The notes: generated from the sequence alone by a model not told the origin. A stretch of 64,000 nucleotides of DNA from Longimicrobiales bacterium (GCA_965218295.1 CBDCKN010000009.1:320001-384000); one strand, 5' to 3'. Numbered from the stretch's first letter, positions 22,255 to 32,760 are shown. A program made the numbers and translations.

Positions 22255-24400
22255 GATCCTCGCGTGCCAGGCGTCGCACCAGTGCCGCGGGGGCGAATCG
22301 AGGCCCGTGCCTCTTCTCCAGATCCTCCAGCCTGGCGAGGACGGTTCGGGCGTGGATGGCGTCCGCGAACCGAAGCAGACCGCCGCGGAAGGGTGGGAAG
22401 CCGGTGCCCATGATCATGGCGAGATCCACGTCACTGGCTCGTGTCACGATGCCGGCCTCCAGCGCGCGAGCGGCCTCGTTCACCATGGCCAACACCAGGC
22501 GACTCCTGATCTCCCGGGTCTCGATGGTGATCCGGTCGTCGGGAACGGTGTGGGCCAGCACCGCGTAGATGTCCGGATCGACGTCCTTCTCCTTGCCGCC
22601 ATCGTACCGGTAGAACCCGAGCCCACCCTTCTTGCCCAGCCGCCCGCTGTCGGCCAGGGCGACCAGCGGCGGTGATGGGGCGAGGCGCTCACCCAGGGCC
22701 TCGTAGAGGGACTGGCCGGCGTGCCGGCTGATGTCGATCCCCACCTCGTCCACCAGCCGGAGCGGTCCCATGGGCATGCCGAAGTTCTTCGCTGCCCCGT
22801 CCACGGCCTCGACGCTGGCTCCGTCCGCCAGGAGGAAGCCCGCCTCGTTCATGTATGGCCCAAGGATGCGGTTCACCAGGAAGCCGGGGCCGTCCCCCGT
22901 AACCACGGGCACCTTGCCCAACGCCAGCGCCAGAGCGTACACGGTGGCCACCGCCTCGTCGCTGGTCCTGGCCCCACGCACCACCTCCACAAGGGGCATG
23001 CGGTGGACCGGGTTGAAGAAGTGCATGCCGGCGAAGTTCTCCGGGTGAGAGAGAGCGGTGCTCATCTCGTCCACAGACAGCGAGGACGTGTTCGTCGCCA
23101 GGATGCAGGCCCTCCGGAGGGCCTCCTCCGTCTCCCTGAGGACGATGCGCTTGATGTCCATCTTTTCGACCACTGCCTCAACGACCAGGTCGAGGCGTCC
23201 GAAACCCTCGTAGTCGAGGCCACCGGAGATGAGGGCCATGCGCTGCTCGGCTTCCCGACGGCGCAATTTCTTCCGCTTCACCAGCTTGTCGAAGAGGTCC
23301 CGGGCGTGCTGCAGGCCGCTGGAGACGGCCTCGTGGTTGATGTCCTTCATGCGGACATGGATGCCACGGTGGGCGGCTAGCTGTGCGATGCCGCCTCCCA
23401 TGACGCCGGCGCCGAGGACACCGAGGTACTCGATGCGACCGGGTGTGACGGCAGCGTCCTGGACGCCCGTTCCCCTCCGAGCGTCCTCTCGGAGGTCGAA
23501 GACGTGGATCAGGTTCTTGCTCACCGACGAGACGATGAGCTCCCCTGCGGCGTCAGCCTCGATCTCCAGCGCCCTGGAGATGGGACGCCCAAGGCTGCGG
23601 CTCAGAACCTCGAGGATCCTGAGCGGCGCCGGATAGTAGCCACCCGTCTGGGAGAGCACGCGCCTCTTGGCCATGCTGAGGACGAGGAGGCGCCCGGGTA
23701 CCGTGTCGTCCATCAGGCGCTTGAACAGCGGCCGGCGAGCGCGGGTACGTTTGGACTGGCCGTCGGCCTGAGCCGCGGCGAAGGCCGCCGCTTTTTCGTC
23801 GAACAAGTCCGCAGGAAGGATCGCGTCCACGAGTCCGATGCGCTTCGCCTTAGACGCCGAGATCTGACGTCCGGTGAGCATCACGTCCAGGGCGGCCTGG
23901 AGGCCCACGAGTCGTGGGAGCCGGGTGGTGCCGCCCCATGCAGGCAGGATGCCCAGAAGGACCTCGGGAAGGCCCATGGCGGTCCTCGGGGAGTCGGAGG
24001 CCACGCGATGGCTGCACGCCAGCGACAGCTCGGTCCCACCGCCCAGACAGATGCCGTGAATCGCCGCAACCGTGGGGACGTCCAGGTCTTCGATAGATCC
24101 GAAAACGGCCTGTCCCATCCGAGACGCGTGCGCGCCCTGCGCCGGGTCCTCGATAGCCTCGATGGCCGCGACGTCGGCGCCGGCGATGAACCCACTCTTG
24201 CCGGTTCGGAACAGGAGGGCACGAAGTCGCCCCTGTCGAGCGAGATCACGGGCCTCGCTCACGAGGTCGGCGAGACGTGTCATGACCGCCTCGGTGAGGA
24301 CGTTCACCTTCCTGTCCGGATCGTCGAAGGTGATCCGCCCGATCCCGTCCTCGCCGACCTCGAGGGAGGGATTCGGCCCAGTTGGTTGGCTCGAGCTCAT
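22226..24400 (-). CDS. fadJ: fatty acid oxidation complex alpha subunit (enoyl-CoA hydratase/3-hydroxyacyl-CoA dehydrogenase)
   Basis: FIAGAD, CLGGGTE, GLPEV, GAGVMGGGI, TNTSSL, GMHFFNPV and PGFLVNR. Confidence 0.9.
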   Translation of the reverse strand: MSSSQPTGPNPSLEVGEDGIGRITFDDPDRKVNVLTEAVMTRLADLVSEARDLARQGRLRALLFRTGKSGFIAGADVAAIEAIEDPAQGAHASRMGQAVFGSIEDLDVPTVAAIHGICLGGGTELSLACSHRVASDSPRTAMGLPEVLLGILPAWGGTTRLPRLVGLQAALDVMLTGRQISASKAKRIGLVDAILPADLFDEKAAAFAAAQADGQSKRTRARRPLFKRLMDDTVPGRLLVLSMAKRRVLSQTGGYYPAPLRILEVLSRSLGRPISRALEIEADAAGELIVSSVSKNLIHVFDLREDARRGTGVQDAAVTPGRIEYLGVLGAGVMGGGIAQLAAHRGIHVRMKDINHEAVSSGLQHARDLFDKLVKRKKLRRREAEQRMALISGGLDYEGFGRLDLVVEAVVEKMDIKRIVLRETEEALRRACILATNTSSLSVDEMSTALSHPENFAGMHFFNPVHRMPLVEVVRGARTSDEAVATVYALALALGKVPVVTGDGPGFLVNRILGPYMNEAGFLLADGASVEAVDGAAKNFGMPMGPLRLVDEVGIDISRHAGQSLYEALGERLAPSPPLVALADSGRLGKKGGLGFYRYDGGKEKDVDPDIYAVLAHTVPDDRITIETREIRSRLVLAMVNEAARALEAGIVTRASDVDLAMIMGTGFPPFRGGLLRFADAIHARTVLARLEDLEKRHGPRFAPAALVRRLAREDRGFYESFAG

Positions 24401-24483
24401 GTGCGCGCCGCACCCCACTTCGTCAGGAGGCTTCGAGTGTGGCTCCCCCGTAAGCTACTGAATGCCAACCCGTCCGCATATGC

Positions 24484-24517
24484 AAAAGCCCCGGGGATCG
24501 CGAGCGATCTCCGGGGC
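24484..24517 (-). terminator. intrinsic terminator of the lipoprotein gene
   Basis: Minus strand GCCCCGGAGATCGC-TC-GCGATCCCCGGGGC followed by TTTT. Confidence 0.7.
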
Positions 24518-24541
24518 CTCCGGTCCGCGGGATTCGGCGCT

Positions 24542-25318
24542 CTACAGCTTGGGCCGTGCCGTGGCGTTTTCCCGGGTCAGGCGAACCTGGGCGGGATCCC
24601 GCCCCGAGACGGTGACGGGGACGTTCCAATACAGCTCCGTATACGGGAGCTCGTAGCGTGCTGAGATCCACCACTCGCCTTGCTTGACCTCGAATCCGTT
24701 GGCGACACCGCTGGCGTCCGTGGTGTCGTATAGGATGTCACGTCCACTGCCCCGGAGACGAGCGGCCATGATGACGCCTACCTCGGCGAAGGCCTCGTCG
24801 GCCCACTGCTCACGTAGCAGCTTGATCTCCTCGGCTGCCACCAACGACGCCTCCTGGAGTGAAGTGAAGTTCCCGAAGGCCCGATCCCGGGCACGCTCGA
24901 CCCTGTTGTACTGGGCCTCCAGGTCCTGGAAGTCCCCGTAGAGGAGCCGGTATTGGCCGCTGTTGCGCCTCATTCCGTCGAGGGTCTCGCTGAGGGTCTG
25001 GAGCGTGTCCCGCAGGACGTTCCAGCGCGCCTCCGTGTCACGCCACTCCTGCTGCGCAGCCGCGACCGAGTTCTGGGCATTGAGCACGGAGTCCGGAATG
25101 GGTGGCTCGGGGGTCGTCGCCGCCGCGGTCAGCGAATCGAAGACGACGTCCCGATTGAACGGAAACATCCGAATCTCCAGATCGCCCAGAGCTCTCGCCG
25201 TGGCCGCCTGGGCGGGGTCGTCAGAACTGAGCTCGGCGTTCACGGCCACCTGAGTGGGGCCACAGGCAGAGAGAAGGGCGGTTCCTAGCACGCCCAGCAA
25301 AAGCTTGCTTCGCGTCAT
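24542..25318 (-). CDS. hypothetical lipoprotein with a coiled-coil insert
   Basis: Signal peptide ending in LSAC; GGAG RBS upstream. Confidence 0.75.
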   Translation of the reverse strand: MTRSKLLLGVLGTALLSACGPTQVAVNAELSSDDPAQAATARALGDLEIRMFPFNRDVVFDSLTAAATTPEPPIPDSVLNAQNSVAAAQQEWRDTEARWNVLRDTLQTLSETLDGMRRNSGQYRLLYGDFQDLEAQYNRVERARDRAFGNFTSLQEASLVAAEEIKLLREQWADEAFAEVGVIMAARLRGSGRDILYDTTDASGVANGFEVKQGEWWISARYELPYTELYWNVPVTVSGRDPAQVRLTRENATARPKL

Positions 25319-25488
25319 ATCCAACTCCGTTACACGTCCTTAAAAAAGTGGCCCAAGGTACAACTCGTCGGGGGCTCGATAAGGGTTACCGTAACGGATC
25401 GCCGGAGGTCCCACCAGGGCGATCCGGGTCATTCGTGAAGGACGGTGGGAAGAGCAGGATTCCGGCTCGTCGAGTGGGGCCACAAATG

Positions 25489-25512
25489 AAAAAGGGCGCC
25501 CCGGGGCGCCCT
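25489..25512 (-). terminator. intrinsic terminator of the M23 gene
   Basis: Palindrome GGGCGCCCC/GGGGCGCCC followed by TTTTT on the minus strand. Confidence 0.65.
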
Positions 25513-25572
25513 CGTGATCGCAACCTCGACGCGCTTTCTACTTACTAAACGCCACCTGCCGAAGAGTTGCGC

Positions 25573-26502
25573 CTAAGGAATCACGCCGCTCAACACGTAG
25601 TCGAGCGGATTTCGGGCCTTGCCACCCACCCAGACCTCGTAGTGCAGGTGGTCCGCGGTGGCCATCCCGGTTCGGCCGACCTGGGCGAGTGCATCGCCCC
25701 GCCGGATCCTCTGATTCTTCCTAACCAGGATCTCGGACGCGTGTGCATACCGCGTCATGTATCCGAACCCATGGTTCACCTCGACGGTGTACCCGTACCC
25801 CGACTTCCAGTCGGCGTACGATACGACACCCTTGGCCGCAGCCAGGATCGGCGTGCCCTTGAGAGCGTGGAGGTCGATTCCCGGATGCGGGAGCTCCTTG
25901 TGGTAGATCGGATGCAGGCGGGCATAGCTGAATCCGCTGCTCAGGAGCCCCTCGGTCGGGACGATTGAGGGCGTCGACTCGAGGAGATCGTGGTGAGCCT
26001 CCAGGCTGTCGGTGGCCTCAGCCAGGCTCTCCGAGAGTAGTCTGGCGCGGCGCTCGAGAGCCAGTAGATCGTAGGACGTGGCGAACGTCTCCTTCGCCGT
26101 GGTCGGATCGGCCTCCCAAAGGGGGCTGGACTCGGGTGTAGGCATACCGGGACCGCCGACGCCCACCTGGAAGATCTCCTCGTCGATGGTTCCAAGACCC
26201 GCCAGAAGGCGGAAACGCTGGTCCTGATCGATGAGCCCGTCGATGGAGCCTTCCATCCGGGCGACCCGGGTCTGAATCGTCTGGAGCTCCTGGGTGAGGA
26301 GTGACTTCTCCTGCTCGAGCTTGCGTGCCTCATAACGGGCGGAGCCGTCGACGGCCACCAGCATGGCCAGCCCCGTTACCACGACGGTGAAACCGCTCAG
26401 CAGGGAGGCTAGGCAGTGGATCGTCCGGGAGGACGCACTGTACTGGCGAATCGGGCTTCCCTCGTCCGAGATGCACAGGAAAGTCCAGCGTTTGTCAGCC
26501 AT
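25573..26502 (-). CDS. M23 family metallo-endopeptidase
   Basis: TM helix, coiled coil, HPGID (HxxxD), YAH and HLHYEV (HxH). Confidence 0.92.
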   Translation of the reverse strand: MADKRWTFLCISDEGSPIRQYSASSRTIHCLASLLSGFTVVVTGLAMLVAVDGSARYEARKLEQEKSLLTQELQTIQTRVARMEGSIDGLIDQDQRFRLLAGLGTIDEEIFQVGVGGPGMPTPESSPLWEADPTTAKETFATSYDLLALERRARLLSESLAEATDSLEAHHDLLESTPSIVPTEGLLSSGFSYARLHPIYHKELPHPGIDLHALKGTPILAAAKGVVSYADWKSGYGYTVEVNHGFGYMTRYAHASEILVRKNQRIRRGDALAQVGRTGMATADHLHYEVWVGGKARNPLDYVLSGVIP

Positions 26503-26522
26503 TACGGCGCTCGCTCACCTTC

Positions 26523-26579
26523 TTGCTAGAGGACTACCCTGTGTTCCAATACTTTGCTAGAGGACTACCCTGTGTTCCA
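26523..26579. repeat. direct repeat, 26 bp x2 with a 31-bp period
   Basis: TTGCTAGAGGACTACCCTGTGTTCCA at 26523 and 26554. Confidence 0.9.
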
Positions 26580-26658
26580 CTGCCGGTATCGAGCATAGGG
26601 GGGTCATGCTCGATCCTCCAGGGTCAGCAAGAAACATACCCGGCGCCAGCCGAGAGTG

Positions 26659-28197
26659 TCAAGCATTCTGATCGGGCTTCGGAAAGAGGGGAATTCCCTT
26701 GCTGACTCTGCGTCCTGCGAGGCTCAGGGTCGCCGCTTCTTCGAGCGGAGGCACCCCGTCCAACCCCAACATTTTTGCCAGCTCGGTCATTTTTTCCGGA
26801 GTGACCGGCAAGAAGAGCGCGGTGAGTACGGTGAGCGCCCGGGCGAGCGTCGCCAGCGTCTCGTCGAGCTCGCCGGCTCGCTCGGGATCTTTCGCGTGTG
26901 CCCAGGGCTCCCGCCTGTCCACGTACCCGTTCGCGGTGCGGGCCAGATCCATGGCGGAGGCCAGGGCATCGTGGATGCGGAGCTCATCCATGTGCCCCGT
27001 CACCGCGTCCAGCGTCGTCCGGATCTCTTCGTCCAACCCCGACCCTCCCGCTTCCGGGACGATCCCGTCACGGTATTGGACGATCATAGACGTGGCTCGG
27101 CTCGCCAGATTGCCCAGCACGTTCGCCAGCTCCTCGTACCTCGCCAGGAACCTCTCGGGGCTATAGGACGCGTCGGCACCCGTGGGCATGTCCCTCAGGA
27201 GGTACCAGCGGACCCCGTCGGTCCCAAAGTCCTCCCGGAGCGCCAGCGGATCGACCACGTTCCCCGTGGACTTGGACATCTTGGTCTCCCCCATGACCCA
27301 CCACCCGTGGGCCAGAATCTGCTTGGGGAGGTCGAGGTCCGCTGCCATCAAGATCGTCGGCCAGTAGACGGCATGGGCCGTGACGATGTCCTTGCCCACG
27401 AGGTGCATGTCGGCGGGCCACCAGGAGTCCCCGGGGTCCGTGAACCCCGGCTGGTCCGACCCGCCCTCCGGGTCGAGAACACCCGAGCCCGTCACGTAGT
27501 TGATGAGAGCGTCGACCCATACGTAGCAGACGTGCTCATCGTCGAAGGGGAGGGTGATGCCCCACTCCAATCGTGACTTCGGACGCGAGATGGAGAGATC
27601 CTGGAGCGGCTGGGTGAGGAAGCCCAAGACCTCGTTCCTCCGGGTCTCCGGGACGATCCACCGTGGGTTCTCCTCGATGTGTTGGATGAGCCGCTTCTGA
27701 TGGTCGCTCATGCGGAAGAAATAGTTTTTCTCCTCCACATGGCTCACCGGCCGCCCGCAGTCCGGACAGACGTGGTCCGGCCCCACGTCCTTGTCCGTCC
27801 AGTATCGCTCTTCGTGGACGCAGTACCAGCCGCTGTAGACGTCGTCGTAGATCTGCCCCTTCTCCCAGAGGCGCTCCAGGATGGCCGTGACCACACCCAC
27901 ATGCCCGGCTTCGGTCGTGCGGATGAAGCGATCGTGGGAGATGTTCAGATCCTTCCAGGCCGCCTCGAACCGTTCGGCCATGCGGTCCGCCAATTCGATC
28001 GGCTTTATGCTCCGTTCCGCGGCGGCCTCTTGCATCTTCTGGCCGTGCTCGTCGGTGCCGGTGAGGAAGAGCACGTCGGCCCCCGTCTGCCGGTAGTAGC
28101 GGGCCAGGAAGTCGGTGAGCACAGTCGTGTAGGCGTGCCCCAGGTGGGGCTCGCCCGAGGCGTAGTAGATCGGTGTGGTGAGGTAGCGCCGGTTCAA
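26659..28197 (-). CDS. metG: methionine--tRNA ligase (short form without the C-terminal dimerisation domain)
   Basis: TTPIYY, HLGH, TGTDEHGQK, YVWVDAL and KMSKS. Confidence 0.96.
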   Translation of the reverse strand: MNRRYLTTPIYYASGEPHLGHAYTTVLTDFLARYYRQTGADVLFLTGTDEHGQKMQEAAAERSIKPIELADRMAERFEAAWKDLNISHDRFIRTTEAGHVGVVTAILERLWEKGQIYDDVYSGWYCVHEERYWTDKDVGPDHVCPDCGRPVSHVEEKNYFFRMSDHQKRLIQHIEENPRWIVPETRRNEVLGFLTQPLQDLSISRPKSRLEWGITLPFDDEHVCYVWVDALINYVTGSGVLDPEGGSDQPGFTDPGDSWWPADMHLVGKDIVTAHAVYWPTILMAADLDLPKQILAHGWWVMGETKMSKSTGNVVDPLALREDFGTDGVRWYLLRDMPTGADASYSPERFLARYEELANVLGNLASRATSMIVQYRDGIVPEAGGSGLDEEIRTTLDAVTGHMDELRIHDALASAMDLARTANGYVDRREPWAHAKDPERAGELDETLATLARALTVLTALFLPVTPEKMTELAKMLGLDGVPPLEEAATLSLAGRRVSKGIPLFPKPDQNA

Positions 28198-28246
28198 GGT
28201 GTTTCGCGATCGGAGATTTGCAGTACGGCAGGCGACCTAGTTGCCA

Positions 28247-29080
28247 CTAGTTGGGCTTGTGCGTCACTTCGCCCTTGAGCTCCTCCAAGGACACGGTCCG
28301 GCGGTCGCCCTCCGTCGAGCGAAGCGTGACGGTCTCCCGCCAGATGTCCACGGTGACGACTCGCTCCTCGCCCTGCTCGGTTCTGAGGGTCTTGCCCTCC
28401 CTGGGGAACCGGCGTCGGGCCTCGACATACGTCTTATGCTCGTACATCAGACAGCACATGAGGCGGCCACAGCAACCGGAGATCTGCGCCGGGTTGAGCG
28501 AGAGCCTCTGGTCCTTGGCGAGCTGCAGGCTGACGGGCTTCAGGGCCGGAAGCCAGGTCGAGCAACAGAGCTCACGGCCGCACCGCCCCACTCCCCCGAG
28601 CAGAGCCGCCTCGTCGCGAACGCCGATCTGCTTGAGCTCGATGCGGGTTCGGAACGTCCGGGCCAGATCTCGGACGAGCTCACGGAAGTCGACACGGCGT
28701 TCGGCGGTGAAGTAGATGATCAGCTTGTTCTTGTCGAACTGCCACTCGGCTTCGGTGACCTTCATCTTGAGCTCATGCCGCTGCACCAGCTTCCGCGTCT
28801 CGGTGCGGACCCGGTGCTCGTCGTCCCGTAGACTCTCCACATTTGCGATCTCACCGTCCCGCGCGAACCGGAGGACCCGCTTCTGCGGAAGTGGTGTGGC
28901 GCACCCCCCCGAAGAGCTGCACTTGCGCTCTGCGACCGTGCCGAGCGCCGCAACTTCGCCGAGGTCCTCTCCCCGGTCGGCCTCGACGACGACCTTCGAT
29001 CCGGGACTGAGGTCCAGGTCCTGGTAAGAGAAGTAGTCCCGACGGGTGCCCTTGAAGAGAACCTCTGCGAAGCCGGCCAT
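28247..29080 (-). CDS. ricT: PSP1/RicT (YaaT) family protein
   Basis: YFTAERRVDFRELV, RIELKQIGVRDEA, CGRELCC and CGRLMCCL. Confidence 0.9.
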   Translation of the reverse strand: MAGFAEVLFKGTRRDYFSYQDLDLSPGSKVVVEADRGEDLGEVAALGTVAERKCSSSGGCATPLPQKRVLRFARDGEIANVESLRDDEHRVRTETRKLVQRHELKMKVTEAEWQFDKNKLIIYFTAERRVDFRELVRDLARTFRTRIELKQIGVRDEAALLGGVGRCGRELCCSTWLPALKPVSLQLAKDQRLSLNPAQISGCCGRLMCCLMYEHKTYVEARRRFPREGKTLRTEQGEERVVTVDIWRETVTLRSTEGDRRTVSLEELKGEVTHKPN

Positions 29081-29084
29081 GTCG

Positions 29085-29252
29085 CTAGTGTCCCGTTACC
29101 AAAGTGTCTCGGCCAGTCGAGGGCACGGTGCATCCGCGGCCTCGGCGTTGGGACTCCTTACCGTAGCTTGCGCTACGCCGCGTCGTCCCGCCTTGATCCC
29201 ACGGCGCCCCGGCCCTCTTGGTGGCTCGCGAACTTCGGAGACGGAACACTAG
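29085..29252. mobile_element. full-length MITE-like structured repeat, copy 2
   Basis: CTAG-TGTCCCGTTACCAAAGT ... ACTTCGGAGACGGAACA-CTAG with inner hairpin CGTAGC-TTGC-GCTACG; colinear with copy 1. Confidence 0.82.
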
Positions 29253-30235
29253 GCCTCGCTCGCCCGCTCGGAGGCGGATTCGGTCCACTCGCCGATGGCC
29301 TCGTACTTCTCCCAGCGCCTCTCCAAGAGCTCGGTCGCGTCGATCTGCCGCAGCTCATCGAGATTACGCACGATGAAGTCTTTCACGGCGATGGCCGTAG
29401 CATCCCAGTCGGAGTGGGCTCCCCCTGCGGGCTCGGGAATGATCTCGTCCGCGACCCCGAGCTCGACCAGATCCTTCGAGGTGAGCTTGAGGGCCGCCGC
29501 CGCCTCGACCTTGAAGTCCCGTGAGCGCCAGAGGATGGCCGCGCAGCCCTCGGGGGAGATCACCGAATACACGGAATGCTCCAGCATCAGGATGCGGTCC
29601 GTCACTCCCAGACCGAGGGCGCCACCCGAGCCGCCCTCGCCAATGACGACGGACACGAGGGGAACGCGCAGGCGAGCCATCTCACGCAGGTTGAGGGCGA
29701 TGGCCTCCGCGATCCCGCGCTCCTCGGAGCCCAGTCCGGGGTAGGCCCCCGGGGTGTCGATGAAGGTCACTACGGGCCTGCCGAACTTCTCCGCCTGGCG
29801 CATGAGCCTGAGGGCCTTCCGGTATCCCTCCGGATGGGCCATGCCGAAATTCCGGCGGAGGTTCTCCTTGATGTCCCGGCCCTTCTGGTGGCCGATGACC
29901 ATCATCGAAGCCCCGTCGAGGCTGGCCCATCCGCCCACGATGGCCTCGTCGTCCCGGAAGTTTCGATCCCCGTGCAGCTCCACCCAGTCGGTGAAGATGC
30001 GCTCGACGTAATCGAGGGTGTACGGGCGGTCCTGGTGTCGTGCCACCCGGACCTGCTCCATGGGGGTCAGGTTCTGGTACGTGGACTCTTTGAGGGCTTC
30101 CAACTTGGTCCGGAGCTCCCCTAGTTCGTCTGACGCGTCGAAGCCACTGCGCTCGGCCGACGCCAGCAGGCCGTCAATCTGTTCTTGGACCTCGACGATG
30201 TCACGCTCGAACTCCAGCCTCGGCGATTGGACCAA
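29249..30235 (-). CDS. accA: acetyl-CoA carboxylase carboxyltransferase alpha subunit
   Basis: ELHGDR, NFGMAHPEGYRKALRL, DTPGAYPG, GEGGSGGAL and SPEGCAAILW. Confidence 0.97.
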   Translation of the reverse strand: MVQSPRLEFERDIVEVQEQIDGLLASAERSGFDASDELGELRTKLEALKESTYQNLTPMEQVRVARHQDRPYTLDYVERIFTDWVELHGDRNFRDDEAIVGGWASLDGASMMVIGHQKGRDIKENLRRNFGMAHPEGYRKALRLMRQAEKFGRPVVTFIDTPGAYPGLGSEERGIAEAIALNLREMARLRVPLVSVVIGEGGSGGALGLGVTDRILMLEHSVYSVISPEGCAAILWRSRDFKVEAAAALKLTSKDLVELGVADEIIPEPAGGAHSDWDATAIAVKDFIVRNLDELRQIDATELLERRWEKYEAIGEWTESASERASEA

Positions 30236-30370
30236 GGATTGCCTCCGGCTCGTCGGGGGAAAAGGTGCCGCCGGATCCGGCCTCCGGTGGCGTGGAAGAG
30301 CTACAGTATTGTAATTGATGCGGTACTAAGTCGGCTATGTACGCGCGCGACGTCTCTCCGACACGCTCGC

Positions 30371-31370
30371 TCATGCACCGCCCCGGCGAATCACCTCCAG
30401 CGGCTCGACCTCCTCCGGGTCCATGAACCGTCCCCAGTAGCGAGCCGTGGCGGCCGCCAGCTCCGGACCCACGTTCGCGAGACCGAGCTTCGTGTAGAAC
30501 CTGAGCATTTCCGTCTTCCGCGCCATGAAAGGCCCCACGTCGACGAAGAGCTCAGGACGGAAATCCAGCGTCGCGGTAGGGCACTGGTAGGCGAGGATAT
30601 ATGCGATTGCTCTCCACGGAGCTGTGACGCTGGGCCGACGCCGTCGGAAGGTAGAGCATGCCGGGGCCGGTCTCGGCTATGACGGATTGCAGCAGCTGTG
30701 TGGCGGCCTCCAGATCGACGGCGTCCTCGTCCTCGTCTCCCACGCTCTTCACCTGACCCCCCAGCATTCCGCCGGCCTGCACAGCGGCGGCGGCCAGGTC
30801 GGAGTGCGGGTCTCCGCCCCCGGCCAGGTTGAGGATCACGACCTGATGGCCTTCGGCTCGGTGCTTGAAGAGGACGCCCCCGCAACCCATCTCCACGTCT
30901 CCCGGCTGGCCTCCAACGGCTACCACTGTGGGGACGTGCCCCGTGGCGGTTGCGTCCGCTGCGGCTTCGCCCGGTACGCCCTCGCCCTCGAGCGTCACGA
31001 ACTCCCGGATCTTGCTCAGGAGCTCATCCCGGTCGACGGGCTTGTGGAGCACGTAGTCGGCCCCGGCACGGAAGGCTCCGTCGATCATGAGGCTGCTGGT
31101 GGACCCGGTTACGGCCATGATCGGGAGCTCGGGATATTCCTCCTTCGCCTGCTGGATGAGCTCGATGCCGTCGGGCCCGGGCAGGGTCAGATCGACCAAC
31201 GCCAGCTGCCACCCTCCGGCGAGCAGTAGCTCCAGGCCCTCGTGCCCGTCCTGCGCCGTGGCGACCTGGTAGGGGCCGGCGTTCTCGATGAGCGTCTTGA
31301 TCAGGAGGACCTCGTCGACGCTGTCTTCGACGAAGATAATCTTGGCTTTCTTGGAAGGGCCTGAGGTCAC
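30371..31370 (-). pseudogene. response-regulator receiver fused to a degenerate PIG-L deacetylase domain; frameshift/deletion near 30600
   Basis: Receiver motifs VED, VDLTLPGPDG, VTG and HKP, then AVGGQPGDVEMGCGG. The C-terminus (ILAYQCPTATLDFRP...ARYWGRF...EVIR) is in another frame, ending TGA at 30371. Confidence 0.75.
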
Positions 31371-31524
31371 TCACGGGATGTTGCTGCTCCTAGGGAATAT
31401 GTAGGGGGGGCGTCGGGTCTCGAGCTCGCGGGGCGTGAGACCCCATCAACTATTCTACCGCCTATCTCCTTTTGTAGCACCTGCCTTTGCAACCTCGCGC
31501 GCGGGAGCGGCGGCCTCGTTCTTG

Positions 31525-32748
31525 TCAGTCTGCCACGCTTACGACCGGGGACTGCTCGGGCTTCAATTCGGGCTCGGGTACCAGGTAGCCCACCACCGCG
31601 GCCATGGCCACGACGGCGATGGTTCCCAGCACCGTGTCGCTCACGTACCCGAAGCGCGTGTAGAGCGGGCCGGCCAGAGCGGCGCCCACGGCGAAGCCGA
31701 CCTGACCGAGGGCGACGGTCAGGCTCATGAGTGAGCCTCTCCGTTCGTCGCTCACCAGGGCCGTCAGGAGCGCGGAAAACGGACTGATGCGCATGGCCAC
31801 CAGGACCATGGTGACGAAGAACATGCCGTAGGCAACCCAGACGTCACTGATGACGAACGTCGTCAGGGCCATCACCACGGTGAGCCCGAGGCTGGACAGG
31901 ATGACGATGCGCTTACGGCCGATCTTGTCCGAGAGCTTCCCCGCCTGAGGTCCCGTCAGGACGTTGGCGATGCCCCCCACCACGAACATGGTCGCGATGG
32001 CGCTGGGAGTCGCACCGACGGCTTGCTCGAGCCAGTAAGGCAGGTACACGATGAACAGTGCCACGCCCATGAACATGAGGAAGTAGGCGGCCGCGGCCGC
32101 AGCGATCTCCTTTCGCATGAACAGCGTCTTGTAGTCGCTGGCGGCGCGGGCCAGGGTGAGTCGCCCCTCGGTGCGCTTCACGTCTGGCTGGGGCACCCGG
32201 AACCAGATCAAGAGACAGGTCATGCTCATGGCGGCGGCGAACAGATAGAAAGGAGCCCGGAAGCCATAGGCTCCGGCCAGCACGATCCCAAGGGGGATGC
32301 CCGCGATCTGGCCAGCGGCCATGCCGCTCATCACCCAACCGGTGGCCCAGCCTCGCCTGTTGTACGGAAAGAAGTCACCGATGTAGGCGACGGCGGCCCC
32401 GCTCAGGATCCCGCCCGCCAGCCCGGCGAAGACGCGGACCGCCAGAAACGAGTAGTACCCCACGACGAAGTGATGCAGGAGCAGGGCCGCGGTCATGATG
32501 CCGGTCCCCAACAGCAGGATGCGGCGGCGCCCGATCTTGTCCGATATCGGACCTGAGATGATGGCGAAGACGCCGACCATGAGGGAGTAGGCCGAGATCA
32601 GCGTGCCGAGGACGGACTCGGCGATTCCCAACTCCTCGCCGATGCGGGGGAGGATCGGCGAGATGATCATGATCTGGCTGCTGGCCGCGAAGACCAGAAG
32701 CCAGAGGGCGAAGACGATGAGGCCGGGGGAGGGCTTATCTCGGCTCAA
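31525..32748 (-). CDS. MFS transporter
   Basis: About 12 hydrophobic segments; motif A twice (GPISDKIGRRR and GKLSDKIGRKR). Confidence 0.92.
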   Translation of the reverse strand: MSRDKPSPGLIVFALWLLVFAASSQIMIISPILPRIGEELGIAESVLGTLISAYSLMVGVFAIISGPISDKIGRRRILLLGTGIMTAALLLHHFVVGYYSFLAVRVFAGLAGGILSGAAVAYIGDFFPYNRRGWATGWVMSGMAAGQIAGIPLGIVLAGAYGFRAPFYLFAAAMSMTCLLIWFRVPQPDVKRTEGRLTLARAASDYKTLFMRKEIAAAAAAYFLMFMGVALFIVYLPYWLEQAVGATPSAIATMFVVGGIANVLTGPQAGKLSDKIGRKRIVILSSLGLTVVMALTTFVISDVWVAYGMFFVTMVLVAMRISPFSALLTALVSDERRGSLMSLTVALGQVGFAVGAALAGPLYTRFGYVSDTVLGTIAVVAMAAVVGYLVPEPELKPEQSPVVSVAD

Positions 32749-32760
32749 GCGCCACCATCC

